Assembly: GCA_016281115.1 (NCBI GenBank)
Contig: JAEEHZ010000239.1
Coordinates: 1 to 50,403 of the forward strand
Length of the DNA: 50,403 nucleotides
Reading direction: 5' to 3'
Source of the DNA: Clostridiaceae bacterium
GTDB lineage: Bacteria > Bacillota > Clostridia > Oscillospirales > Acutalibacteraceae
Below, piece by piece: positions 28,563 to 36,344 of this stretch (positions are counted from its first letter, which is position 1; every line of letters starts with the position of its first letter). A program made the translations under genes and the position numbers. The notes beneath the pieces are model-generated. The model was not told the DNA's origin. It worked only from the letters and a program-made list of their open reading frames with translations, and made no database searches.

Positions 28563-29276
28563 TTATTCCTCCAATAAATATACTTCGGCATATTGCACTC
28601 CAAAACTTCGTGCTTCTTCGTGAGAGTCAAAATATATATCAATTCTATTACCCTTGATGTTGCCACCGCGGTCTTCCGCTACATATTCTTGTCCGTTAAT
28701 CAACACTCTTGTGCCATAAGGTATTATATTGGTATCAACCGCTATACTGTGATTAGGGCGTAACGCACATCCGCTCGCTCCGTATACAATTTCTTTTCCG
28801 TTTTCGTCAACCGGACGATTTAATGCATATTTACCACAGCATTTTTCACATGAGCAATACGCAGTTAATTTATAATTTCCCAAAAGAATGTCTCCCGACG
28901 TGTCTTTAAGTATACCTTGATACATATCATCGTTTGTTTTAATATCATATTCTATATGTATCTCTTTATATTTGGACGGAGGAGGGTGTATACTATCCAT
29001 TATTCTTACCACGGCGCATAGTGCATCTGATTGATATAAGTCGTCTTTGTTATTAATACATATTTCGATAGGTTCTTTAACATATGTATATGTTTTTAAT
29101 GTGTATTGTTTTATATCAACAAAACCACATAAACCGCATACACAAACTGCTGTTGCAATTCCTATACAAAGCATCTTAGTGTTCAATATTTCACCTTCTT
29201 TCTCTTTTTTTCTTATATGTGCATTATATATAACAAAGTCGCAATCTACACAACGTTTGCGCAGCGAGTCTTTCAA
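28563..29276 (-). CDS. 3D-domain cell-wall-active protein
   Basis: C-terminal IAVD...YVAEDRGG...RIDIYF is a 3D/MltA-like domain, with an internal hydrophobic anchor. Start uncertain: TTG at 29276 or ATG at 29174. Confidence 0.65.
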   Translation of the reverse strand: MKDSLRKRCVDCDFVIYNAHIRKKEKEGEILNTKMLCIGIATAVCVCGLCGFVDIKQYTLKTYTYVKEPIEICINNKDDLYQSDALCAVVRIMDSIHPPPSKYKEIHIEYDIKTNDDMYQGILKDTSGDILLGNYKLTAYCSCEKCCGKYALNRPVDENGKEIVYGASGCALRPNHSIAVDTNIIPYGTRVLINGQEYVAEDRGGNIKGNRIDIYFDSHEEARSFGVQYAEVYLLEE

Positions 29277-29457
29277 GGTTGCGCAGGACGGTGTGTTTTA
29301 ATTATTTAATCTATTTTCTTTGTGACACTTTTACTAACAGCAAAAGTAGTTGCTAGATGAATATTATTAACAACCAATATACATTGCGACGATTATGTAG
29401 TTCCTATAATTTATAACTGAATGTGGCTGGCAACAGCCATTCTTCGGTATACTCACA

Positions 29458-29534
29458 ACTCCGAAAAATTAGTTGGAAAGATTTCTTCGACGGTTTCCCG
29501 TCTTCGAAATCTTTCTAACTAATTTTGAAGGAGT
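29458..29534. other. 77-nt near-perfect long hairpin (about 34 bp with small internal loops)
   Basis: ACTCC..AAAATTAGTTGGAAAGATTT..CGACGG-tttc-CCGTC..AAATCTTTCTAACTAATTTT..GGAGT read directly. Confidence 0.6.
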
Positions 29535-29635
29535 AAAGCAACCATTGCGTTACTATTGCTGACAGCAAATAGCAATCGTACTTTTAAAAAAAATACAATT
29601 AATCTGCATTATAGGTTTAAAATATTTTTTTATTT

Positions 29636-29663
29636 AAAACCCCTCCCGCGTAAACAGGAGGGG
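29636..29663 (-). terminator. probable rho-independent terminator for the upstream minus-strand operon
   Basis: CCCCTCC...GGAGGGG 7-bp stem. On the minus strand it is followed by TTTT and AT-rich sequence. Confidence 0.45.
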
Positions 29664-29881
29664 AAAAAGAAAGGAGTTGATATGCGGAACAACCACAAAC
29701 CGCATATCTATATGAAAAAAACAGAACCCGAAATGTTATTCGGGATACCGGGCTGGGAGAATTGAACTCACTGCTTAAATAAGCATATACCATAAATTAG
29801 AGCCCGGATATATTTATATATAATCTTTAAGTGCTTTAATTAATAATAATATCGTCTTATTATCCCCGACAACACTTTTAA

Positions 29882-30160
29882 TCATTCTTCATCACTCCAA
29901 TCTAATGCTTGACCGCAACGCCAACAGTATTTACTCCTCAACGGCTCTTGTTTGCAAACGGGGCAATAGCAAAATCCAATTTCGTCTTTTGTTAGTTTTT
30001 TGGGTATCTGCTTTTCAAGGGCTTTTATTGCCAAAGCAGTTTCACACTCTTCGCACCTCTTGTTCTTATTGTCATCAGATAAAATTTGAAAATTTATAGA
30101 CCGCATACATTTATCGCAATTCTGATGTATTAACTGCAACAACGCTTCTTCGTATGTCAT
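29882..30160 (-). CDS. double zinc-ribbon protein (paralog family Z)
   Basis: CDKC..CEEC..CPVC..CWRCGQALDWSDEE. Paralogous to 30157-30411 and 45795-46049. Confidence 0.5.
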   Translation of the reverse strand: MTYEEALLQLIHQNCDKCMRSINFQILSDDNKNKRCEECETALAIKALEKQIPKKLTKDEIGFCYCPVCKQEPLRSKYCWRCGQALDWSDEE

Positions 30161-30411
30161 TCCTCATCACTCCATTTCAACGCTTGACCACAATGCTCGC
30201 AGAATGTAGTACCACCATTGATGATGTGTTCCTGCACATTGTCCTTTGATATGCTTCCCCCACAATTTGGACATACTGCCCACATCTGTTCATTTTCGAG
30301 TGGGTTTTTCGGTATCTGCTTTTCAAGGGCTTTTTTGATATTTTCATAATCTTCCAACATCCCCACAAACATCTGGTTCATAATGCGGGTTAATGTTTCT
30401 TTATTTGTCAT
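30157..30411 (-). CDS. zinc-ribbon protein (paralog family Z)
   Basis: CPNCGG...[14 protein letters not shown]. Shares the KALEKQIPK and CGQAL.WSDEE segments with its neighbour. Confidence 0.5.
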   Translation of the reverse strand: MTNKETLTRIMNQMFVGMLEDYENIKKALEKQIPKNPLENEQMWAVCPNCGGSISKDNVQEHIINGGTTFCEHCGQALKWSDEE

Positions 30412-31022
30412 TCTTCTACCTCGCTATTGCTTGCTAACTCTGCAAGTTCTGATATTTTAAGTTCTCTCAAAAATGTTATTTCTGTTCCAACGCACTTGCT
30501 GTCGCAGTCATTTTCGCCTGTAACGCCTTTAAGTTCAACTTCAAATACACGAACATCTTTACCAATATTACCGCTGTAATAATTGAAAATATCGAGCGGA
30601 GACCTGCAAGCGTGAAAACCGCTTATACATAATTCCGCTTTATCGGTCTTATAAGTTTTCCCAAGTTTATACTGAAAACCATTACAACGCATCTTGCCGT
30701 TTGTTGCTTTGAAATAGAGGTCTTTGTATGTTTTAAGACCGTAACAACCTATGCTCGTAAGCGTGCTGCAATTACAGAACGCACATTTTCCTATGCTCGT
30801 AACGCTATCAGGTATTATTACGCCTTTAAGGCTTTTGCAACCGTAAAATGCATAATTTCCTATGCTCGTAACGCTGTTGGGAATATTTATACTTGTAAGA
30901 TTGGTGCAATAGGCGAAAGCACAATTACCAATACTCGTCACACTCTCTGGAATGTTTATGTTTGTTTTATTGCCTTCGTACTGTATCAATTCCCCATTTT
31001 CAATAACAAAATCTTTGTTCAT
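30408..31022 (-). CDS. BspA-type leucine-rich-repeat protein with conserved C-terminal domain (paralog 1 of 4)
   Basis: Repeats of ...P.SVTSIG..AF..C..L... then YFKATNG.M.C.GFQY...[13 protein letters not shown]...CVGTEITF. No signal peptide. Confidence 0.65.
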   Translation of the reverse strand: MNKDFVIENGELIQYEGNKTNINIPESVTSIGNCAFAYCTNLTSINIPNSVTSIGNYAFYGCKSLKGVIIPDSVTSIGKCAFCNCSTLTSIGCYGLKTYKDLYFKATNGKMRCNGFQYKLGKTYKTDKAELCISGFHACRSPLDIFNYYSGNIGKDVRVFEVELKGVTGENDCDSKCVGTEITFLRELKISELAELASNSEVEE

Positions 31023-31324
31023 TCTCTCGCCTCGCTTTTAAGCCATTCGAATAAACACTCTGCTAATTCCTTGTCGCTCATCTCTCTTATTTTATCGCCG
31101 TTTGTCAAATCCTCATCTACCTCGCTTATTTCAACCGTTACAATTTTATATTTTTTCATATCGATTTCTTGTCTTTCAATTTCCGTTTGACACACTAAAC
31201 TTTTCGGAATTAACAGAGGTGGGTGGTAAGCGTCTGCGGTAGTATGATACGGCGGAAAATATCGAAAATCAATTCCCGAAAGAAGTGTATGGTCTTTTTT
31301 TATCATTATTGCTAAATATGTCAT
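31019..31324 (-). CDS. hypothetical protein with TNGDKIR-MSD-ELA module
   Basis: C-terminal [29 protein letters not shown] is shared with 31321-31773 and 46636-46797. ATGA overlap with the upstream gene. Confidence 0.45.
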   Translation of the reverse strand: MTYLAIMIKKDHTLLSGIDFRYFPPYHTTADAYHPPLLIPKSLVCQTEIERQEIDMKKYKIVTVEISEVDEDLTNGDKIREMSDKELAECLFEWLKSEARE

Positions 31325-31773
31325 TCTTTTACCTCACTTTTAAGCCATTTGAGCCAATGTTCATAAGGCGAAGGAAAATAAATATCTACCAATTCCGCAA
31401 AGTCCGTAATTTGTTTGTTTATCCACTCCGCCAATTCCTCATCGCTCATCTCTCTTATCTTATCGCCGTTTGTCAATGAACCATTGTTGTATTTCCATTC
31501 TTTGTATGTCATAATTTTCGGATATTCTGCACCTGTATCTATGCAATGCTCAAATCCCCAAGATATTACATAATCTATATATCTTCCCCAATCTTCCGTG
31601 TCATCTTCATCCGAAATCATTGCTTGTTTCAACTCTATGCCGCTTTGCTCAAGCCATCCAAATTCATGTTCAAGATAGTCTATCGTTCCGTCGCTGGATA
31701 TTCCGTTTGTTTCTGCGTTTCTTATTGCGACATTTTCGTCAACACTTAATTCTACAAATACTTTTCTTTTCAT
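31321..31773 (-). CDS. hypothetical protein with TNGDKIR-MSD-ELA module
   Basis: AGGAGG RBS. C-terminal [18 protein letters not shown]...[11 protein letters not shown]. Confidence 0.5.
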   Translation of the reverse strand: MKRKVFVELSVDENVAIRNAETNGISSDGTIDYLEHEFGWLEQSGIELKQAMISDEDDTEDWGRYIDYVISWGFEHCIDTGAEYPKIMTYKEWKYNNGSLTNGDKIREMSDEELAEWINKQITDFAELVDIYFPSPYEHWLKWLKSEVKE

Positions 31774-31964
31774 ATTTCCTCCTGTTACAGTATGATTTTA
31801 CAACATTCAAGGTTGTAATTTTTTTGTTTTACATTGTGGTACAATTATAAACGAAGACGTTCTTAAAGAGAAACCATCTCTGGTTATAATAATAGTTTAC
31901 AATCTCTCATTGTGTTTTACCGGGAAGGTTCGAGCACTGTGACTCATAGTCTATATCTGCTGAC

Positions 31965-31977
31965 TTTTTTTTTTTTT
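31965..31977 (-). repeat. A13 homopolymer (RT sense)
   Basis: 13 consecutive T on the plus strand, counted directly. Confidence 0.95.
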
Positions 31978-31980
31978 GAA

Positions 31981-32036
31981 CTTCTTTTCTTTCTTTCCCT
32001 AGTTTTCCTTTCTTTCTCCTGCCTTACTTTTTTTTT
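31981..32036 (-). repeat. polypurine run (RT sense) ending in A9
   Basis: Plus strand is CTTCTTTTCTTTCTTTCCCTAGTTTTCCTTTCTTTCTCCTGCCTTAC plus T9. Almost pure pyrimidine. Confidence 0.9.
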
Positions 32037-32104
32037 CGAGTAAAGCTGTGGTTGCGCGGATTGGTCAGGGGTGTTCGTCGAGCGAGGTTCTCTCTTTCCG
32101 GTCT

Positions 32105-32140
32105 GTTCAAATTGTTACTTTTGCTATCAGCGAAAAGCAC
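32105..32140 (-). ncRNA. stem-loop + GUAAC-box element, copy D2
   Basis: RT sense GCTTTTCGC-TGATA-GCAAAAGT then AACAATTTGAAC. Shares the exact 14-mer AAGTAACAATTTGA with copy U. Confidence 0.6.
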
Positions 32141-32281
32141 ATTCAGATATGAATGTAATTTCATTGTAAACTCAGATTAATTGCTTGTCATCTACATAGA
32201 TTGGATACCTGTTGCCGGGAGTGGAGGCGAGTGCATCTAACATCATTGCGTTCGTTCCTTGGAAATCTTCCTCGTTCTTGA

Positions 32282-32298
32282 TTTTTTTTTTTTTTTTT
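32282..32298 (-). repeat. A17 homopolymer (RT sense)
   Basis: 17 consecutive T on the plus strand. Confidence 0.95.
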
Positions 32299-32346
32299 AA
32301 ACGCCTAACCGCAATGCCTAATAATACTAGAATTCTTTTCCTGCTA

Positions 32347-32363
32347 TTTTTTTTTTTTTTTTT
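32347..32363 (-). repeat. A17 homopolymer (RT sense)
   Basis: 17 consecutive T on the plus strand. Confidence 0.95.
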
Positions 32364-32430
32364 GCAGTAGGTTTGTTTCTTTCCTGCACTGACGCTTCTT
32401 GGTTTGGTGCAGTAGGGCATTGTGTTTTCA

Positions 32431-32443
32431 TTTTTTTTTTTTT
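32431..32443 (-). repeat. A13 homopolymer (RT sense)
   Basis: 13 consecutive T on the plus strand, starting 2 nt after copy D1 in RT sense. Confidence 0.95.
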
Positions 32444-32445
32444 CC

Positions 32446-32479
32446 GACAATGAGTTACTTCTGCTTACAGCTAAAAGTG
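32446..32479 (-). ncRNA. stem-loop + GUAAC-box element, copy D1
   Basis: RT sense ACTTTTAGC-TGTAA-GCAGAAGT then AACTCATTGTC, about 45 nt after the RT stop codon. Confidence 0.6.
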
Positions 32480-32522
32480 TCCATTAAGCATGGACTATAC
32501 ATGACATAGCAAATTATTTATC

Positions 32523-33662
32523 TTATGATTTTAAATCGCTTCGAATTAATTCAACAATATTCACATTGAATTTATTACCAATATGTTCTACCAGCTTATC
32601 TATCGAAGTTCCTTCTACCATACGGTAATAATTCCTGTACCCCTCCATTATCTGGACATCGGATACGTCCCAGGGCTTTCCGTTTTGTTTATCCATGACA
32701 TATGATGCTAGCATCGCTTGAAATTGTCTTTTCTTTTTATGCCCTACGGTAATTTGGTTATCTTTATTCAACATTACCCCAAGATTCCAGTTGGAGCCGG
32801 CAGATGAACCGTATCGCGTTTTCTTTGAATTGATTGTAAATGGAGCTTCGAAATTGTTCAAAGTGTTGATAATAAACTGTTCTATTTCTTTAAATTTAAA
32901 TGTATATTTTGAGGATATTAAAAAATCGTCTGCATATCTGGTATAAACATAATGCTGGTTGTTATATTCTCTTAAACCATTTGAAAGTTTGAAGTCTATG
33001 GGTATCATCATTACATTTGTGATAACTGGGGATATCGGGGTACCCTGCGGAAGTCCTCCGTCCAGAAATGCAAGTTCCAGCGCCTGACTTAATTCTTTTT
33101 TTCCGATATCATGTTTCATAATTTCCGAAAACGGATAAATCATTGAAAACATCTTTAACACAAATTCCAGACTTGTGCTGCCAAAAAAGTTTGATAAATC
33201 ATATTTTCCAAACCATTTGCTTTCATTTGCCTGATGTCGTTTTACCGCATCAATCGTGCTGCGTTTTCTTATATATGCAAACGCCGACGTATGATATAAG
33301 ACGTGGAAGTCGTTTTCAAAAATTGTTTTAAGTCTGCGTAAAGCGTCCATAAGTTCGGGCTCCGGCGCATCTATCTTACGCAACCCGCCGCTTTTTTTAG
33401 GTATATAAAATTCTCGATATAAAGATTTTCTTGGCTTATTACGCAGTTCCTCGGTTGATTTATTAAACTGTATTAATTTAATGATAAGTTCGCCAATATT
33501 TAACCCGTACGGGCGTTTGCTATTTATATTTTTTACCTCATATGTACGTGTATTTGTAATATTTGGACTAATAATCTGTGGTTTTATTTCCGCTTCGAAT
33601 AAAAATTCTTCCAAAGTCATTTGGTGATACTTTGGCGGCTGTTTAATCGTAATATAAGTCAT
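32523..33662 (-). CDS. reverse transcriptase, retron/DRT-like (RT domain only, about 380 aa)
   Basis: YREFYIPKKSGGLRKIDAP, KYDLSNFFGS (motif A), LPQGTPISPVITN (motif B'), YTRYADDFLISS (motif C), KKTRY...NLGVML. Start at the ATG at 33662 behind GAGGTG. Confidence 0.9.
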   Translation of the reverse strand: MTYITIKQPPKYHQMTLEEFLFEAEIKPQIISPNITNTRTYEVKNINSKRPYGLNIGELIIKLIQFNKSTEELRNKPRKSLYREFYIPKKSGGLRKIDAPEPELMDALRRLKTIFENDFHVLYHTSAFAYIRKRSTIDAVKRHQANESKWFGKYDLSNFFGSTSLEFVLKMFSMIYPFSEIMKHDIGKKELSQALELAFLDGGLPQGTPISPVITNVMMIPIDFKLSNGLREYNNQHYVYTRYADDFLISSKYTFKFKEIEQFIINTLNNFEAPFTINSKKTRYGSSAGSNWNLGVMLNKDNQITVGHKKKRQFQAMLASYVMDKQNGKPWDVSDVQIMEGYRNYYRMVEGTSIDKLVEHIGNKFNVNIVELIRSDLKS

Positions 33663-33886
33663 TTTTTTCACCTCGTTATTTAGATTTACTGTAATCAAAT
33701 AGTATTGAGCTGCATCGCTCTCCATCTGATGGAAGGCCGATCTTTTCTGGGAATTTCTTTAGGATTTCTAAATTTGGCGGTTGGTTGGATGTGTTAATGT
33801 GTGACAATTGCGTTTATGTCTATATTAAATTCGATTGTTCTGGTGGCAGCATTATTTGCATCCTGGTGCTGGTTATTCTTTTTCCC

Positions 33887-33920
33887 GTCAAATTGTTACT
33901 TCCGCCTTCGGCAAGAAGCT
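33887..33920 (-). ncRNA. stem-loop + GUAAC-box element, copy U (upstream of RT)
   Basis: RT sense AGCTTCTTGC-CGAAG-GCGGAAGT then AACAATTTGAC, inside the 290-nt ORF-free leader of the RT. Confidence 0.6.
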
Positions 33921-33951
33921 ACCGTTAGGTAAATAACATTACAGTATTTTT

Positions 33952-34395
33952 TTATATTTTTTTAGATCTTAAACTTTTATTAATTCTTTCTTGCAGGCGT
34001 ATTGGTTTTCCTTTACGCATATCAGTTTGCCCGGGTTTTATGCGAGTGTTTAGTCCCGACGTCATTAAGCGCTCCGGCATATGGTTTAATAACGCATGCG
34101 TTTTCATCTCAGCAGAATACGCCTCTGATGTAGTTTTACAACGCCGACATAATCCGAATTTTTCTTTATAATTATCTATAGTCATGCTATGACTTTCTTT
34201 GACGTGAGAGCCCAGGCGTTTATATGCTCTGCCACAAATATGGCATACTACATACCCACGATAATCTTTAACAATTACACCGTCGGGCGGAAGATCGTTC
34301 ATTTCTCCCCCGGTTTTTAGATACCTATAACAAGCCTGACATCTGGATCCATATGGGCGTCCGCGGATTACATCTCCGCAAAAGGAACATGTCAT
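33952..34395 (-). CDS. zinc-finger protein with Ros/MucR-like DNA-binding motif
   Basis: CHICGRAYKRLGSHVKESHSMTIDNYKEKFGL resembles the MucR C2H2-type finger. N-terminal CSFCG...CQAC ribbon. Start at 34395 behind GGGAGGGGG. Confidence 0.5.
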   Translation of the reverse strand: MTCSFCGDVIRGRPYGSRCQACYRYLKTGGEMNDLPPDGVIVKDYRGYVVCHICGRAYKRLGSHVKESHSMTIDNYKEKFGLCRRCKTTSEAYSAEMKTHALLNHMPERLMTSGLNTRIKPGQTDMRKGKPIRLQERINKSLRSKKI

Positions 34396-34577
34396 ATTAC
34401 CGCCCCCTCCCAACAACCATCTACAGAGACGTCTGCTAGATTAGATATCAAATCATCCGCATCTACCTCGTCAAACATTTTAAGCGCCATGTCGCATGCT
34501 TCGTCTTCTGAGTCGGCGTCGATTTTAAAATTCCACGATCCTTCGTAGTGTACAGCAACATTGTAAAACATAGTCAT
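34392..34577 (-). CDS. hypothetical acidic protein
   Basis: 61-aa ORF in the operon. Confidence 0.4.
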   Translation of the reverse strand: MTMFYNVAVHYEGSWNFKIDADSEDEACDMALKMFDEVDADDLISNLADVSVDGCWEGAVI

Positions 34578-34780
34578 TCTCCTTTCTTTGTTTTGTTATC
34601 AAGTAAATTTATATTATCGGTTTGGCGTGCAAGTTTTACAGCCAATGTAATAATTGATTCAATCATTCTATCCGTATAAGCACACTCATTTCCGAAATTG
34701 TTTGTGTAGTCGATATATGCACGTGACTCAGACATGATACCAGAGACGCAACTACGTATTTTTATTTCTTTGGTTGTCAT
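34574..34780 (-). CDS. hypothetical protein
   Basis: Start at the ATG at 34780 behind AAGGAG. Confidence 0.4.
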   Translation of the reverse strand: MTTKEIKIRSCVSGIMSESRAYIDYTNNFGNECAYTDRMIESIITLAVKLARQTDNINLLDNKTKKGE

Positions 34781-35441
34781 TTTTTCGACTCCTTTCATTG
34801 TTTTTGCTTGCTAACTCTGCAAGTTCAGATATTGTCAATTCTCTTATAAATGTTATCTCTGTTCCGACGCATTTGCTATCGTGTTTATTTTCATTTGTAA
34901 CGCCTTTCAAAGCCACCTCGAAAAGACGAATATCTTTATCAATTTTTCCGTTGTAATAATTGAATACGTCTAACGGTGACCTGCAAGCGTGAAAACCACA
35001 TTCACATAATTGCGCTTTATCGATTTTGTAAGTCTTAACAAGTTCATATTGAAATCCTTGACATTGCATATCACCATTCGTTGCTTTAAAGTAGCGGTCT
35101 TTGTAAGTTTTAAGGCTGCTGCAATTGTAGAATACTCTGCCTCCGATGCTCGTCACACTGTCGGGAATAGTTATGTTTGCAAGACTGTAGCAGTTATTGA
35201 ACGCATATTTTCCTATGCTCGTCACACTATTGCCAATTATAGCATTTGTAAGGCTACTACAATTATCGAACACACAGTTCCCGATGCTCGTCACACTGTC
35301 GCCAATTATTATGCTTGTAAGATTACTACAACCATAGAACGCCCAGTCTTTTATACTTGTAACGCTGTTTGGAATAACCACCTTTGTACCTCTTCCGTTG
35401 TATTTAATCAATGTTCCATTTTCGATTTCAAATTCTTTCAT
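34752..35441 (-). CDS. BspA-type LRR protein with conserved C-terminal domain (paralog 2 of 4)
   Basis: Same repeat and C-terminal [15 protein letters not shown]...CVGTEITF architecture. Confidence 0.65.
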   Translation of the reverse strand: MKEFEIENGTLIKYNGRGTKVVIPNSVTSIKDWAFYGCSNLTSIIIGDSVTSIGNCVFDNCSSLTNAIIGNSVTSIGKYAFNNCYSLANITIPDSVTSIGGRVFYNCSSLKTYKDRYFKATNGDMQCQGFQYELVKTYKIDKAQLCECGFHACRSPLDVFNYYNGKIDKDIRLFEVALKGVTNENKHDSKCVGTEITFIRELTISELAELASKNNERSRKNDNQRNKNT

Positions 35442-35455
35442 TTGTTAATTCCTCC

Positions 35456-36040
35456 TCATTTTTCGCTTGCTAATCTCGCAAGTTCCGATATTGTCAACTC
35501 TCGCAAAAATGTTATCTCTGTTCCAACACATTTTCTATCACCGAAGTGGTTTTCCTCTGTTACGCCTTTGAGTTCAACCTCGAATAACCGTACATCTTTG
35601 CCAAGTTCACCGTAATAATGATTGAACACATCTAACGGACTGCGGCACGCGTGAAAACCATACTCGCATAGTTTTGCTTTGTCGGTTTTATAAGTTTTCC
35701 CGAGTTCATACTGAAAATCTCGACAACGCATGTTTCCGTCCGTTGCTTTGAAATAGCGGTCTTTATAAGTTTTAAGGCTTTCGCAAGCGTAGAACGCACC
35801 GCCTCCTATACCTGTTACGCTATCGGGAATATTTATACTCGTAAGACTGCTACAACTATCGAAAGCATAATGTCCTATGCTCGTAACACTATCGGGGATA
35901 GTTATGCTCGTAAGATTTATGCAACCGTCGAAAGCACAATTACCAATGCTCGTAATCCCGTCTGGGATTTTTACATTTGTATTTTTGTCTGTATATTTAA
36001 TTAAAACTCCGTCTTTAATAACAAAATCTTTGTTTTTCAT
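35456..36040 (-). CDS. BspA-type LRR protein with conserved C-terminal domain (paralog 3 of 4)
   Basis: Same architecture, in tandem with paralog 2. Confidence 0.65.
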   Translation of the reverse strand: MKNKDFVIKDGVLIKYTDKNTNVKIPDGITSIGNCAFDGCINLTSITIPDSVTSIGHYAFDSCSSLTSINIPDSVTGIGGGAFYACESLKTYKDRYFKATDGNMRCRDFQYELGKTYKTDKAKLCEYGFHACRSPLDVFNHYYGELGKDVRLFEVELKGVTEENHFGDRKCVGTEITFLRELTISELARLASEK

Positions 36041-36091
36041 AATTAAAACCTCAAACCGTTTACGGCGTTCTGCAACCGCTCTGTATTCGTC

Positions 36092-36187
36092 TTAATGTGT
36101 CTTGAAGTCGTTGAAGTGAATTTTCTTTCTCTCTTCGTCAGTTTCAATTCCTACCACCGTTTTTTCGAGATAGTCATCAATAGTCAT
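36092..36187 (-). CDS. possible 31-aa micro-ORF
   Basis: ATGA-coupled to the upstream micro-ORF (MTIDDYLEKTVVGIETDEERKKIHFNDFKTH). Confidence 0.25.
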   Translation of the reverse strand: MTIDDYLEKTVVGIETDEERKKIHFNDFKTH

Positions 36188-36300
36188 TCCTCTTGATCTA
36201 ACTCGATTGTAGCTCCGCATGAGTTTGCAAACAACATAAATTTTATAAACTCAGGTATACTCATCTTTTTAACTTCTTTTAATGATAAGATTATTTTCAT
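36184..36300 (-). CDS. possible 38-aa micro-ORF
   Basis: ATG behind GAGGTGA (MKIILSLKEVKKMSIPEFIKFMLFANSCGATIELDQEE). Confidence 0.3.
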   Translation of the reverse strand: MKIILSLKEVKKMSIPEFIKFMLFANSCGATIELDQEE

Positions 36301-36344
36301 AAAATCACCTCAAAACCACGCTATTAAGTTCTTCATTTTTATAA

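Noticed and set aside
29682-29765. 27-aa plus-strand micro-ORF (MRNNHKPHIYMKKTEPEMLFGIPGWEN) behind a strong AAAGGAG
   Set aside because: The RBS-like sequence is the 3' arm and flank of the minus-strand terminator hairpin, and the start codon is buried in the ATATGCGG/CCGCATAT stem. There is no supporting promoter or homolog, so the evidence is too weak to call.
31965-32443. Plus-strand T-runs as ordinary rho-independent terminators
   Set aside because: None of the T-runs is immediately preceded by a stable GC-rich hairpin on the plus strand, and there are no plus-strand genes nearby to terminate.
32172-32450. 92-aa minus-strand ORF (MSEKKKNENT...KKKKK...KKKKK...) spanning three A-tracts downstream of the RT
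   Set aside because: It starts at TTG with no RBS. Its lysine runs are simply the translation of the A13/A17/A17 tracts, and any tract slippage would break the frame. I treat it as a by-product of the non-coding repeats, although it is notable that the frame stays open.
33687-33946. 9-bp inverted repeat TACTGTAAT / ATTACAGTA bracketing the RT leader, with a G right after the 5' copy, as retron a2/a1 repeats and a branching G
   Set aside because: The geometry fits a retron msr-msd, with the 3' copy ending about 25 nt before the RT start. However, a 9-bp AT-rich inverted repeat in 250 nt is not clearly above chance, and no long msd-type hairpin lies between the copies. It is kept only as a weak hypothesis to test under the RT finding.
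30408-36040. Diversity-generating retroelement (RT plus repeated LRR target genes)
   Set aside because: The RT has the retron/group-II-type QGxxxSP motif (LPQGTPISP), not the DGR-type [I/V/L]GxxxSQ signature. No template repeat matching an LRR gene 3' end is present near the RT. Differences between LRR paralogs are spread over all bases rather than being adenine-specific.
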